From NCBI GenBank assembly GCA_964016885.1, contig OZ024751.1, positions 21,638,001 through 21,702,000 on the forward strand: a stretch of DNA of 64,000 nt. Reading direction: 5' to 3'. Position numbers and translations under genes: made by a program. This document shows positions 52,966 through 63,590 of this stretch, one piece after another. This DNA is from Eledone cirrhosa. Lineage: Eukaryota. How positions within the stretch are numbered: the stretch's first letter is position 1; every line of letters begins with the position of its first letter. The notes below the pieces were generated by a model. It was not told the origin of the DNA and made no database searches. It saw nothing but the letters and a program-made list of their open reading frames with translations.

Positions 52966-54115
52966 CTCGATATAAATGTGTGTGTGTGTGTGTGTCTGGG
53001 GTGTTTATGTATGTGTGTATGTGTGTAGCAATATCCGTAGGTATGAAAAGGAAAAAGAAAAGAATGCTCAATCAGAAAGAAAGCAAAAACATAGTATTTA
53101 TGTTCATAGACGGAACAAAAGAGCGAACCGGGGTTGCAGCCAACATGTGTGTGAGAGAGAGGGGGGAGGGAGAGAGTACGAAAGAGCGATACAGTTAAAG
53201 AAACGTGCGCATACACATATACACATGAACGCACGACCACATACACATACAACCACGTATGTAAACACGCTACCCTGCAAACTACCACATACACACGCAT
53301 GCAACACACAAACACATGCACGCACACATCCAGTCACTCAACAAGAAAGAGAGAGAACGGGGGAGAAACGAAACGAGTAAAGGAGGAGGATGTATTCTAA
53401 CCGCAGTAGCGGGCAACGAAAAGGAGAGGGTCGCGCGCATACACATATACAGAGAAACTCACACAAACACATGCAGACACACAGCCACAAACACCCAAAC
53501 CCACAAACAAACACGTATACACATATGCAGACACACAACCACAAACATATGCACGCAAACACAAAGTGGGATTTATGTATAAGCTAAACAAGCTATGGCT
53601 TAGGGCCCCCACTTTCTTAGGGGTCCCGAAAAAATTGAAAAATAAACGGTGTGTACATTTCCAAAATATAAGATAAAAGAGAACTAAAATAATGCAATAG
53701 TTTTAAACAGTTTTCTGCTTTAATATTGAACGTTTTGCAGTTTTTATAACATATAAAGGGCCCCATTATCTCAAATAGCTTCGGGCCTCATCAAATCTAA
53801 ATCCGGCCCCGCACATACACACACAAGTAACTATCGTCTGCTGAGTTTGTGAATGTGTTGAGGGAGAATACGCTGGTATTTCTGTTATTTTTCCAAATAT
53901 AATTCATTAGTTTCTTTTTAGTGATTCTTTCTGTGGCTTATTTCTTTATCTATTTATTTGTTAGTTTATTTCTTTTTAATGTCGTAACTTTTAAATCGAT
54001 CAAAGGGAATCCAAGCCATCTTCCGTGTTTCAAGATTTACTTCCCTTTGACTCTTAAATTGATCTGATTCTCTTACACCCTCTATCTTTCTCTCTCTCCA
54101 TATAAATATCATCAT

Positions 54116-54149
<34 letters not shown>

Positions 54150-54250
54150 TTGGATTATCTATTTGTTTTGGGATCTGAAACCGCGGTAAAGGCATATATA
54201 GTAAGTACAGTGAATGTTTTGAAATTTATTTCTTTATTTGCTTTCCCTTG

Positions 54251-54309
<59 letters not shown>

Positions 54310-55181
54310 TTTTAAGTGGGCATGCTTGGACAACAGCTGTCGCGTTTGACACCATACAAAGAGAGAGAGAGAGAAAGAAAGAGAGTTTATATAGTGTTGA
54401 AGGAGGATGCATTCTAACCGAAGTCTTTATATATATATATATGTGTATGTGTGTGTGTGAGTGTGAAGACGTATGGTCTAATGGTAACGATGCTTGACGT
54501 TGCATCGTAATTTCATCGGTTCAATTCCTGGACAGGCTGCTGCGTTGTTCTTGAGCAAAACACTTTCTTTCACATTGCTCCAGTACACTCAGCTACGAAT
54601 GAGTACCAACAGTAACGAGGAAGTTAATCCTGTGATAGACCGGCATCCTATCCAGGGAGAGTCTTGTATTCTCAGTTGGTAGAACACAAGACACAGACCC
54701 CTGGCCTGTCTGTGAAGTCAGTCCATGCTGTAAATGTGGTTGGCATTAGCAAGGACAGCCAGCTTTAGAAAAAAAGCCAGAAATTGCTCTGTATGAGCAA
54801 GACATGGTCACCTGGTCTGATCTGTCCCACAATGAGATAACTCGTCTAACCCATGCTAGCCTGGAAAATGGATGTTAAACAGTGATGATGATGATGTGAT
54901 GTGTACAGTACTCCAAAAAAATGGCTGCATTTAGATGACTGAAACTACTAAAAGAATGAAGTAAAAACTCCTCCACACTTACCTTTATTAGATGTGCAGT
55001 TGTTTTGGCACAATAAACTTTTACAGGGAACATCTTTCCGAAGATATAATTCCTGTACCATGCTAATAACATTGCTTTTTCTGTTAGACTTCAGCCGGAA
55101 CTGTCTGTTTATTCTGGAAATCCTTGAGATAGGCGTCACAGACGGTCCTTTCTCAAAGTCATCGCTTTCTTCAGCTGTCAT
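29187..55181 (-). CDS. DIS3L: DIS3-like exonuclease 1 (exosome-associated RNase II/R family; 23 coding exons, ~1063 aa)
   Basis: Phase-consistent exons sum to 3192 nt. CR3 cysteines ([15 protein letters not shown]), PIN (HYVVLD...KGIIFPQT...FCNEF...WQTR...PIIMVTD), cold-shock domains ([12 protein letters not shown]; [11 protein letters not shown]), RNB ([12 protein letters not shown]; ELGVHIADV; [13 protein letters not shown]) and S1. WQTR and the C-terminal EYRQ...SLY identify DIS3L rather than DIS3 or DIS3L2. Confidence 0.95.
30112..30488. repeat. 48-bp minisatellite, ~8 copies
   Basis: Unit TTTTATCATGGCACCAAAACGACCATCTAACCAGGTGGACTGGGAGCT; 16-aa periodicity in the ORFs. Confidence 0.95.
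30514..30648 (-). CDS. DIS3L: DIS3L exon 22
   Basis: [24 protein letters not shown]...KTCKK. Confidence 0.87.
30997..31174 (-). CDS. DIS3L: DIS3L exon 21 (S1)
   Basis: [16 protein letters not shown]...FTLLQHIT. Confidence 0.92.
31595..31937 (-). mobile_element. Near-identical copy of the same SINE with a 9-bp TSD
   Basis: Reverse complement of 22746-23088 with few differences; flanked by GTGAGAAAT at 31586-31594 and 31939-31947. Confidence 0.88.
32399..32547 (-). CDS. DIS3L: DIS3L exon 20
   Basis: [21 protein letters not shown]...[11 protein letters not shown]. Confidence 0.92.
33249..33356 (-). CDS. DIS3L: DIS3L exon 19
   Basis: VHHQLLSAI...[13 protein letters not shown]. Confidence 0.9.
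34131..34280 (-). CDS. DIS3L: DIS3L exon 18
   Basis: [10 protein letters not shown]...[25 protein letters not shown]. Confidence 0.95.
35207..35261 (+). ncRNA. Type I hammerhead ribozyme motif (Penelope-like pLTR remnant)
   Basis: ACTGC-CTGAAGA-[stem II 35219-35244, 10 of 11 pairs]-GAAA-T-ATAT-A-TA-GCAGT; stem I ACTGC/GCAGT; AATAAA immediately after. Confidence 0.75.
35375..35527 (-). CDS. DIS3L: DIS3L exon 17
   Basis: [12 protein letters not shown]...[22 protein letters not shown]. Confidence 0.93.
35815..35910 (-). CDS. DIS3L: DIS3L exon 16
   Basis: [32 protein letters not shown]. Confidence 0.94.
36775..36931 (-). CDS. DIS3L: DIS3L exon 15
   Basis: [35 protein letters not shown]. Confidence 0.92.
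37602..37693 (-). CDS. DIS3L: DIS3L exon 14
   Basis: [30 protein letters not shown]. Confidence 0.88.
38554..38656 (-). CDS. DIS3L: DIS3L exon 13
   Basis: [34 protein letters not shown]. Confidence 0.93.
39249..39440 (-). CDS. DIS3L: DIS3L exon 12
   Basis: [19 protein letters not shown]...[26 protein letters not shown]. Confidence 0.95.
40198..40346 (-). CDS. DIS3L: DIS3L exon 11 (RNB catalytic motif)
   Basis: [27 protein letters not shown]. Confidence 0.95.
41076..41229 (-). CDS. DIS3L: DIS3L exon 10
   Basis: [40 protein letters not shown]. Confidence 0.94.
41860..42042 (-). mobile_element. RTE LINE extreme 3' end
   Basis: [30 protein letters not shown], then a tail with (TGA)n. Confidence 0.75.
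42215..42339 (-). CDS. DIS3L: DIS3L exon 9
   Basis: [27 protein letters not shown]. Confidence 0.93.
43247..43356 (-). CDS. DIS3L: DIS3L exon 8
   Basis: [22 protein letters not shown]. Confidence 0.92.
44100..44397. repeat. ~52-bp minisatellite whose unit contains the DIS3L exon-7 donor site
   Basis: CT(T/C)ACCAT at 44127, 44179, 44285, 44338 and 44389 (real donor). Confidence 0.85.
44394..44545 (-). CDS. DIS3L: DIS3L exon 7
   Basis: [32 protein letters not shown]. Confidence 0.93.
44935..45340 (+). mobile_element. RTE-clade LINE fragment
   Basis: [12 protein letters not shown]...[17 protein letters not shown]...[20 protein letters not shown]...WKDCIKDDL. Confidence 0.85.
45470..45599 (-). 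CDS. DIS3L: DIS3L exon 6
   Basis: [42 protein letters not shown]. Confidence 0.9.
45848..45989 (-). CDS. DIS3L: DIS3L exon 5
   Basis: [28 protein letters not shown]...SKQK. Confidence 0.92.
46299..46380 (-). CDS. DIS3L: DIS3L exon 4
   Basis: [27 protein letters not shown]. Confidence 0.92.
46749..46900 (-). CDS. DIS3L: DIS3L exon 3
   Basis: [50 protein letters not shown]. Confidence 0.92.
47297..47518. mobile_element. piggyBac-type MITE (second copy)
   Basis: TTAA|CCCTTTAGCATTTA ... TAAATACTAAAGAG|TTAA, internally homologous to 27674-27881; a third, truncated inverted copy starts at ~63713. Confidence 0.82.
47721..47854 (-). CDS. DIS3L: DIS3L exon 2
   Basis: [44 protein letters not shown]. 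Confidence 0.92.
49030..49257 (-). mobile_element. CR1/L2-group LINE RT C-terminal fragment abutting the Helitron
   Basis: [19 protein letters not shown]...[20 protein letters not shown]; same family as 20281-20970. Confidence 0.85.
49260..50990 (-). mobile_element. Decayed Helitron RepHel (Rep/HUH part) in DIS3L intron
   Basis: Frameshifted fragments: [11 protein letters not shown]...[14 protein letters not shown]; [42 protein letters not shown]; RPDLVAWIF...HVIEFQKR. These are Helitron_like_N/Rep motifs. Confidence 0.9.
53563..53811. mobile_element. Putative hAT-like MITE
   Basis: Imperfect TIRs GGATTTA ... TAAATCCGGCCCCG, interrupting the Helitron-associated repeat unit. Confidence 0.4.
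54983..55181 (-). CDS. DIS3L: DIS3L coding exon 1
   Basis: MTAEESDD...[25 protein letters not shown], donor gtaag at 54982. Confidence 0.88.
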
Positions 55182-56285
55182 TATTTGGTGTTTTTTTTTG
55201 TTTTTGGAGGGTTTTCAAGTTTGCAGAACTATTAAAATAAAATAAATAAAATATATATAGAGATGTATGTATGTATCTGTGTGTGTATGTGTGTTTGCAT
55301 TCTGTGTGTGTATGTGTGTTTGCATTTTGTGTGTATATGCATGTGTGCATATGTGTGTGTCTGTGTGTGTATATATATATCGACAGTCGATCGACTTTCG
55401 TCAAATCGAAGCGAGGAAACAATGTTTCCGTTGGTCTTTCCAAATGCTAGTACTATCTATCGGTTGCAACTCCAGGCAGAAGGAACAACGTGAAATAAAG
55501 TGTCTTGCTCAAGGACATAACGCATTGCCCAGTCCAGGAATCAAACTCACAACCTCACGATTTCTCCTACCACTCAGCCATGTGCCTATATATATATATA
55601 TATATCGATTTTAATCAAATGGAGATTGTCCAGGTATGAAAAAAACTTTTTGTATCTATCGCTATTTGGTTGTATGTATAGTTTTTACCTTCGGTCGGTT
55701 CTCTTAGTGTCATATTTTATAACTACAGTGTTTAACTCTGGACTTCATGTTTGTTTTTGACTTTAGATTAATTGAGTGCTTTGTGATTGCTTCAAAAAAA
55801 ATTGAATAGTACTTGCTGTACTGCAGCTAAAGTTTGATTTACAAATATTATATATATATAACTCTTTTCCTACTATATCAAGCATAAAACTAATATATTT
55901 CTTCATTGTACTGTCATTTGCTTTGATATTTCTGTTTACTTTTTGCATATATATGTATAGTCCAACTCTTACTAGCAGGGAAAGCGAACATTAAAATGAC
56001 AATGATATACATCTTCATATATACATATAACAAAATACTGGTGTGTATGAATATACATCTTCATATATACACATTCAGTTTTCTCAAAAATAGTATTTTC
56101 CTCTTCCTTCCTCTTCTCAATCGCTATGTTTCTATTTCATCTTTTATTTCTCATTCTATATTCTGAGGAATGACTAGAGTTCGAAATATAAAGACTCTTT
56201 TCCTACTATATCAAGTATTAAACTAATATATTTCTTCATTGTACTGTGTTGTTTGCTTTGTTGTTTCCATTTACTTTTTGCATAC

Positions 56286-56324
<39 letters not shown>

Positions 56325-57197
56325 ATATGGGCAGAAATGTTGAAAGCTAACCTTCGGATACTGATTTTCACAGGAACAAGAAAGGTGGAAGGAAGCTGTG
56401 GAGGAGAGAACTTGTCTAACATTATCTATTACATATTACATGTTCCAGCTGACAGACTGAGGCCATGCTGGGGCACCACCACATGCAAGAATAGAGAAGC
56501 AAAGAATGGTGGTGGTGGTTGGAGTGATGATGATGATGATGATGATGTTGGCAGTGTGTCATTAGCCAAATACATAGAACTAATGAAATATTCATTAATT
56601 ACATTGTGTAATTAGTACTTACATTGATGAGGTGTATCTTAATAAGGCAAGTAAATGAGTTAACGAGCTGAAATGCTAATTAAGAGGTATAGTTCTGTGT
56701 TCATGAACACACACGCAAACTATCAACACTTCAGTCAGTTATCCAAAGCCATATTGACTTCAACAGATGAAACTCCTTTTTATATCAATAAATGTAGATA
56801 CAAGAACTTTTAGTAAATATAATCAGGTTCACACTCAAATACTCTCTCCCTCTCTTTATATATATATGTATATATATATATATTATAAAGAGTTGGGACC
56901 CAACAGCTCAGCTCTTGCCATTTCAACAGCTTCTGCTACCCAAGTATTGAGTACTCTGTTAAGTAATTCTCTAACTAGTGTCAAACTAGTTCTATGCTGA
57001 TATATATATAATTGATGTATAATTGTTGCTCTGAACTAATGAACTAATCTTCATGGAGCTTTTTAGTGAGAAACAATCAATATATATTTTGTTAGTATTG
57101 ATTAAACCTAAATGTATTATATATATTTATATATCATCCATCTCATGATAGCAAGGAAAACACATGTTGATGGTGATGATGATGATGATGGTAAACA

Positions 57198-57279
<82 letters not shown>

Positions 57280-58860
57280 GATAAATGAAGAAAAGAAAAG
57301 AGACACAAATGATTACACTGAGACTGTAAAGTTAAAATACTGGTGGTCTATTGGCCACAAGGTCATAAGTTCAACTAACATTACACTCATTATACTTGGA
57401 CAAAGTACAGAAGTCTGTTTCCCTTGGCTTGCCTGATTTAGCAGTAACAGCTAACTCTGTATTAACTCTTTTGTGTCTGTATCTCTTAAGAAATATATTT
57501 CCAGTATTGGTTATACTTATTACACAGCGAGAGAGCAAAGATTGAACATATCGTCACAGACTGTCCAGTACTCAAGTGGAGCCAGACGTCGTGCTCTACC
57601 AAATGCATTTTATCAAGGCACCAACTCTAGGGAAGCTGCCATGTACTTGTCACAGCTGAAGAATTCTCCTGAACCTTTGTTTGGCAGGTTTTCTATGGGT
57701 GTTTTCTATGTCCTTCCTATCACCAGCCACCTTTACAGAATGTACAGGTTGCGTTTATCAACACTAAAAAGGTGAAGAGTCCTCCTGACCCTTTGTTTGG
57801 CCAGTTTTCTATGGCTGGAAGCCCTTCTTGCCACCAACCACTTTACAGGGTGTATTTATGTTATAACGAGTGAAAATTATGAAAAAGTATAAATAAAATG
57901 TTTTTAAACAAACTATTAAATGTAATGGAATATATTTTTACGAACATCTTCAACTGAAACTATAGAATTCATTAAAGTAGGTCATATTTGTTTACGATTT
58001 ATAAGGCTATATAACCAAAACTTGTATTTAAAGAATGTAAGCAATGAGATTAGCAGGAATGGAGATGTATATAAACAAAATAAGTACATTTTGTTATTTC
58101 CATGGAACCAGAAAGTGTTTTTCTTACATTTCCAGTCTGGGATTTTCACTTTCACTTTAACGGGACCTCGAAATAGGACACTACCTTTTATATTTTGTAT
58201 TATGAAGTGTCAAAGAAGTTTGCCGCACATCTATTACGTTGTCACGAACACAATTCGTCTACAAAATATTTTGGTCTTTGAGAAAGCGATCGAGATATAA
58301 TAAAGAGCAGGACTAATGTATTGTGGTATTTAGTTCCATTCCTTTATGTTGTAAATTCAAACTCTCACCCATCCTTAACGAGTGAGTCACCACGCGGTTG
58401 CGTGACCTGCTAGAAATAGTAACAAAATCATCCACAAATCACACCCTAAGAAAAGAAGACATCGGATAGTAATGTCCTGGTTTCTCTGTTGATAGACAAA
58501 AGAAACGTGGGATGGTCACAGGTAGAGTGTCACTGATTATAGATAAGTCATAAGTCGATCACTGTTGAAATACGTAAACAAGAACACCAACAACATCAAC
58601 TCACTCCTCGATATAGACATACACATAGAGATAATCGATAAAATAAGTATGAAATATTAACTGAAGTTCATATTTCTCCTCCTTCCCCACTCATAATATG
58701 TTTAACTTTGTACCAACGTGAGAAATCAACATTTGTAGGAAAATAAGAAAGCGAAAAAAAAATCGTCATTTATCGTAAATATTTTGTTGTAAAGACAGGC
58801 AAAGAAAGAAAAATCATAACTAAAATAAATAAATTTTTATAAAGTATGATAACCAATTAC

Positions 58861-58965
58861 CTGTTGCAGAATAATAAATAAATCTAATAAATCGTATATG
58901 GAGAGATCAGGCAAACATTAAGAATGTTATCAAAACAAAATAATGGAATAGCGCCATTTTCACAT
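58861..58965 (-). other. DIS3L: Putative non-coding first exon (5' UTR) of DIS3L
   Basis: Donor cag|GTAATT at 58860. Coding exon 1 has an acceptor (AG at 55229-55230) upstream of its ATG. AAAATGGCG (YY1-like) motif at ~58952-58960. The 5' boundary is a guess. Confidence 0.45.
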
Positions 58966-59447
58966 GTTTTGTTTATGAAAAACATTTATTTGTATTTAGT
59001 TTCGTATAAAACATTTACATATTAAATGAAAAAGCAGTTTCTGTTTTGTTATTAATTTTATTAAACATACTATATATATATATATATATATAGTATGCTT
59101 AATAAAATTATATATATTTGTTTGTGCATGTATTGTTATTAAAGGAATATATATATATATACATGGGTGAAACTCCAGAGTAACAAGACTCCTTGTTTAG
59201 CCTTAATAAAATGAATATTAAAACTCTACTTCGGTATTGAGTACTCTTTTCTCTCAGCCGTCAACCACAAACGGTTATATATAAGTGATATATATATATA
59301 TATATATATATTTGTTTTATATATATAAACATAGGTGTGTGTATGTGCATGTAATTTCTTTCTTTTTTTTTTCAAAATACGCAACTACGTTAAGTTAGCT
59401 TATTGACGATATATCAACTATGGCGCGCTCCTTGATAATTAATTAAA
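58900..59447. promoter_or_regulatory. Putative bidirectional promoter DIS3L/ANAPC11
   Basis: About 0.5 kb between divergent first exons, with an ATGGCG motif on each outward-facing strand (58952-58957 minus; 59420-59425 plus). Confidence 0.45.
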
Positions 59448-59466
59448 ATGAAGGTTAAAGTGAAAA
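59448..59466 (+). CDS. ANAPC11: ANAPC11 coding exon 1 (19 nt)
   Basis: aaaATG AAG GTT AAA GTG AAA A|gtaaga = MKVKVK plus 1 nt. Confidence 0.9.
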
Positions 59467-62340
59467 GTAAGATTTTTTTAAATTCAATTATTTATATTAC
59501 TATATAAGTCTTTAAATATATTATATATTGTGTGTTTGTACAGAAGAACTGATGTTCCAATTAAATATATCTAAAGTTGGACAGATCGTATTTAAAGTGT
59601 ACGTTATTAAATGAAGAATTTAAATTTTGTCTGAATTTCTGAAACGAGGAATTGTGCTTAACATCATTATTATTATTATTATTATTATTATGCACAGATA
59701 CTGGCCTTGTGCCAAAAGTAGAAACAATTATTATTATGCACAGATATGTTCAGATTAGTGTCTTCACATTCGTTGTTGTAGTTGCAATGTATCAGCTGTT
59801 GTACCTTCGGGCTGTGGAAATATAATTATTATACACAGATGTATTCAGTCTAGTGTCCTCACATTCGTTGTTATGGTCGCAATGTATCAGCTGTTGTATT
59901 CTCAGGCCATCTTCGGTGGAAATATCATTATTCCACACAGATATATTCAGATTAGTGTCCTCACTTTAGATGGTATAGTCGCAATGTTTCGATTGCTGTA
60001 TCATAGACTCCAGCACTTCTTCAGATGCCCTGAACATTGTATTCAAATCACACGGGGGTAGATTGTGTGTACTTATTCCGTTGGCAATCTACCTCTGTAG
60101 TTTAAATAAAAAAATTAATTTCGAAAGAATACGATCGCGAATACAAGCGGCTGAAATGGATTCCTCCGAAGAGTCTTTGAAGTAACGTTACTCGATATAG
60201 TACGTAACTCTGAGATCAGAGAGTCTTTCCAGCTAGAATCACTACTTCTCCGAATTGAGAGATCACAGCTCCAAAACTATGGGCTTGTTGTTAGAATGTC
60301 CCAGGAAAGAATCGTTGAACAGATTTTACGGGCACAACTAACCTACAAGAGACCTAGGGGTAGACCCTGAGCAAGATGGTTGGCTAACATCCATGAGCTT
60401 GGCTGGTCATGCTTGTGGATCCAGCCGGATCAGTTGGAGACGGATGTTTCTGACCCACTGGAGGGAGTTTTTGAGGACTCTGCCTCCGCGATCCTCTCAG
60501 GAATAAGTGAGTGAAAAAGAATAAATGTATTTTCTTCATTTGATATTCCTATTTGTGTGTGTGTGTGCTTTAAAATCAGTACACCATATCCCATTACAAA
60601 AAGAGTTGATGCCAGGAAGAACATCTAGATGTAATACATTGTATCTAAAAGGACCCCATAATCAGTATAAAGTCTGTTATGGGATCTACAAGGCTAACCT
60701 CTGGTTTAGCAGACGAAATCACCTTAAATGTTTGTCACCTTATGTTTGTTGTTGTTACTGACATTAATATATTATTATATATTTATTTCCTCTGATATTC
60801 CACCATTATATTTTACTTTCCTCTAATCGTTATTCATGTTCATGAGATTTATTTTTTCTATTACAGGGTGAGTAGCAATTTTTGTTTCGAAAGAATGGTT
60901 TCCCGGTGTCAATGTGAGTTTCTCTTTGTTTTGTAAAGCATCACCATTCTCTGTAGCTGTTGTGTTACAGAGTAGAGGTAAGACTCAGATATGGTAATCC
61001 TGTGACCATAACTTTGACAGTTCTGGTTAGTTATTTTATTTCATTCATAGTAATATTGTTGATAGGAAAGGCATGTATGCATTGTTTTTTTCCTGGCTGT
61101 TCGATTAGTTCATTGTTAACCAGTTGTATGTACTGTATAACATTCTCTCTGTTAAGTATAACCATTAGAGGAACCTGTAAATAGCAGTTTGTATGTATGT
61201 ATGGAGCCATAACTCCTGGTGGAGTTGTAGAGCATTCCTTGGCCATTTAAAATCTGGCAGAGCACATCCTTACTCCAGGTCTGACGTAGCTAATTTCTTC
61301 TAGGTTATATCTATTCTGTATACATACAGATATAACTTTATTTATATATATAAGGAGAGAGAGAGAGAGATGTAAAATCCTCACCATGACACCAAACGGT
61401 TTCGGCTTGTGTGTTCAGCAAGTCATAGTGCTTTGGTTGAATTCATCATTATATATATATATATATGCTGAGAAAAATTGGACAGATTTGATGAGAGTGG
61501 ATCCTAAGATGCTGGATTTGGCAAAAATGACAAAAGAAGGTTTTGCATTCTTACATCTCATCTATGTAAAGATGTAAAAATGATATCATCATCATTTAAT
61601 GTCCATTTTCCATGAGTTAGATGGGTTGTCACATGAGAACATCAGGTCCAGAGACCACATCATGCTCATATGGATTCTGGCTTGGTTTCTACAGTTAGAT
61701 GCCTTTCCTAACATCAACCATGCCAAAGTGTGAACTAGATGCTTTTTAGCATGGCACCAAATCAACCACCTTACAGAGTGAACTGGATGCTTTTTGTCAT
61801 GTCACCAACACAACTACCTTCAGGGTGGATTGGGTGCTTTTTGTGTCACCAACATGACCACCTTACAGAGTGAACTGGCCACTTTATGTTGTGTCACCAG
61901 CATGACCACCTTACAGTGTGAACTGGGTGCTGATGTATATATTTGGTACATGCCGTGAAGTGGTTGGCATTAGGAAGGGCATCCAGTTATAGAAACCATG
62001 CCAAAAATGGAATGTATGAGCCAGTCTTCTAACCTGCTTGTCCAGCCTCAGAGTGTGACAACCCATCTAACCCATACAATCATGGAAAATAGATGTAAAA
62101 TGGTGATGATGATATGTATGTGTGTGTGTTAATTCTTGGATGGCTTAATAATTGATTTATCAGTGATTACCTAACCCTTGCTAGCAGGAAAAACATGTTG
62201 ATGATATCCAAATTATTTCAGTTGGACAGCTGTAGCCACATGGCGATGGATTGCCAATGATGATAACTGCGGAATTTGCCGCATGGCATTTGATGGTTGC
62301 TGTCCTGATTGTAAACTTCCTGGAGATGACTGTCCTCTTG
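59448..62340 (+). CDS. ANAPC11: Anaphase-promoting complex subunit 11 (RING-H2), 5' part; remaining exon(s) beyond the window
   Basis: Spliced 59448-59466 + 60867 + 62222-62340 gives [46 protein letters not shown](V), essentially the APC11 N-terminus (human [47 protein letters not shown]). Confidence 0.95.
60120..60520 (+). mobile_element. RTE-like LINE 3' fragment (ANAPC11 intron 1)
   Basis: Frameshifted IQAAEM...[13 protein letters not shown]...LLRIERSQL...RMSQER...KRPRGRP. Confidence 0.7.
60867..60867 (+). CDS. ANAPC11: ANAPC11 single-nucleotide micro-exon (G)
   Basis: ctaat (60823) ... ttttttctattacAG | G | GTGAGT; supplies the missing base of codon A-G-T (Ser7). Confidence 0.8.
62222..62340 (+). 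CDS. ANAPC11: ANAPC11 exon 3 (RING N-half)
   Basis: ttatttcAG|T TGG ACA GCT ... CCT CTT G|gtgggt; [39 protein letters not shown]. Confidence 0.96.
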
Positions 62341-63214
62341 GTGGGTACCCTTATTTCTGTTTTTGTATCTAATTTATTGATCCTGTATTATTGATGTTTA
62401 TAATAATAATGATGATGATGATGTTTGGAACATAACTTAATAACCATTAGCAATAAACATTGTGTATATGAAGCCGATCTCTCAGACTTTTACAAAGCAC
62501 TGAGGGAAAAGAATGGTGTACTCATGTGTAGATATACTATAAAATAGGGTAAGCACCATTAAAGACAGAAAAAGAAATTGCATAGCAGCTAATAGCAACT
62601 TCTTTTTCCTACTTTAAGGGTTTTCACCCTATTTTATAGCATTTCCATGCAGGAACACTTCCTTCTTTATATTAAATCATTGGCAGTATTTAATTAAATA
62701 TGAACACTTCAACAGGTTCCACTGACAAGATTCAAACCATAAATATCTGACTTGTTGGGTGGCAGATAGCAGAAGTAAATTATTGTATCTAATTTAACCC
62801 CTAACTAAAACCAGCTGTCTTTACAAAACACCCCTTTCAGACCAACCTAACCAAAACCTGCTCCAGCTTAACAAAACAAAACCACTCATTTTAAAGGGTT
62901 CCTATTTAAATTCAAATCTTCCTACATAATTTCATCTAAGAACCATTTGTTAAATTACTATCTTAGTAATGAAATAATAAATTATTTTTGTAAATCCCTC
63001 AAAATTCTTTAATAATTAATTAAAATAGAGTTAAAGAGATACTCTGTAGTGTAACATTAGTAACACCATCATCCAGTAAGTGGTTCAAATCCCTCCACTG
63101 GATCTCTTTCTCTTCTGTTCCCTTTCTTATCTCATGTTTGTACTTCTTATGTCTCATATAATCTATCTCTTCTATTTCCTTTTCTGTCTCATGTTTATAT
63201 TTCTAATGTCTCCT

Positions 63215-63590
63215 TGCCAACAACAACCCTGAGCACCTTTTTGAATTCCATGTGTCTAACATGCCTACAAAATCAGAAAACAGCATAGCTCCCATGATTT
63301 TCAGAAACATTTTTTCAGGCTCAGAGTTGCTGAAGCATGGAACAAACTAACTGCATCATTTGTTAGCTGTCAAGACACTACATCCTTCAAAACTTCCATG
63401 CTTCCCGAAATTTGCCAACACTACACCTGATATTCCCCCCCCATACATATGCACTCATGTATCATGACTCACACACTGTTCACTTTCCCGGCATTTGTAC
63501 ATTATTCTATGTACTATACATGCACCTTTGATGAGTTGTAGTGCACCTGAGCACTGTACACAATAATTTTCATTATTTCATTATTATTAT
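63215..63590 (+). mobile_element. 3' end of the same CR1/L2-group LINE (ANAPC11 intron)
   Basis: Clear similarity to 20597-20970, including the 3' UTR and tail. Confidence 0.85.

Noticed and set aside
62181-62221. Alternative APC11 acceptors (TAG/CAG at 62182-62187) that would avoid the micro-exon
   Set aside because: In frame but read ...AAA ACA TGT TGA, a premature stop
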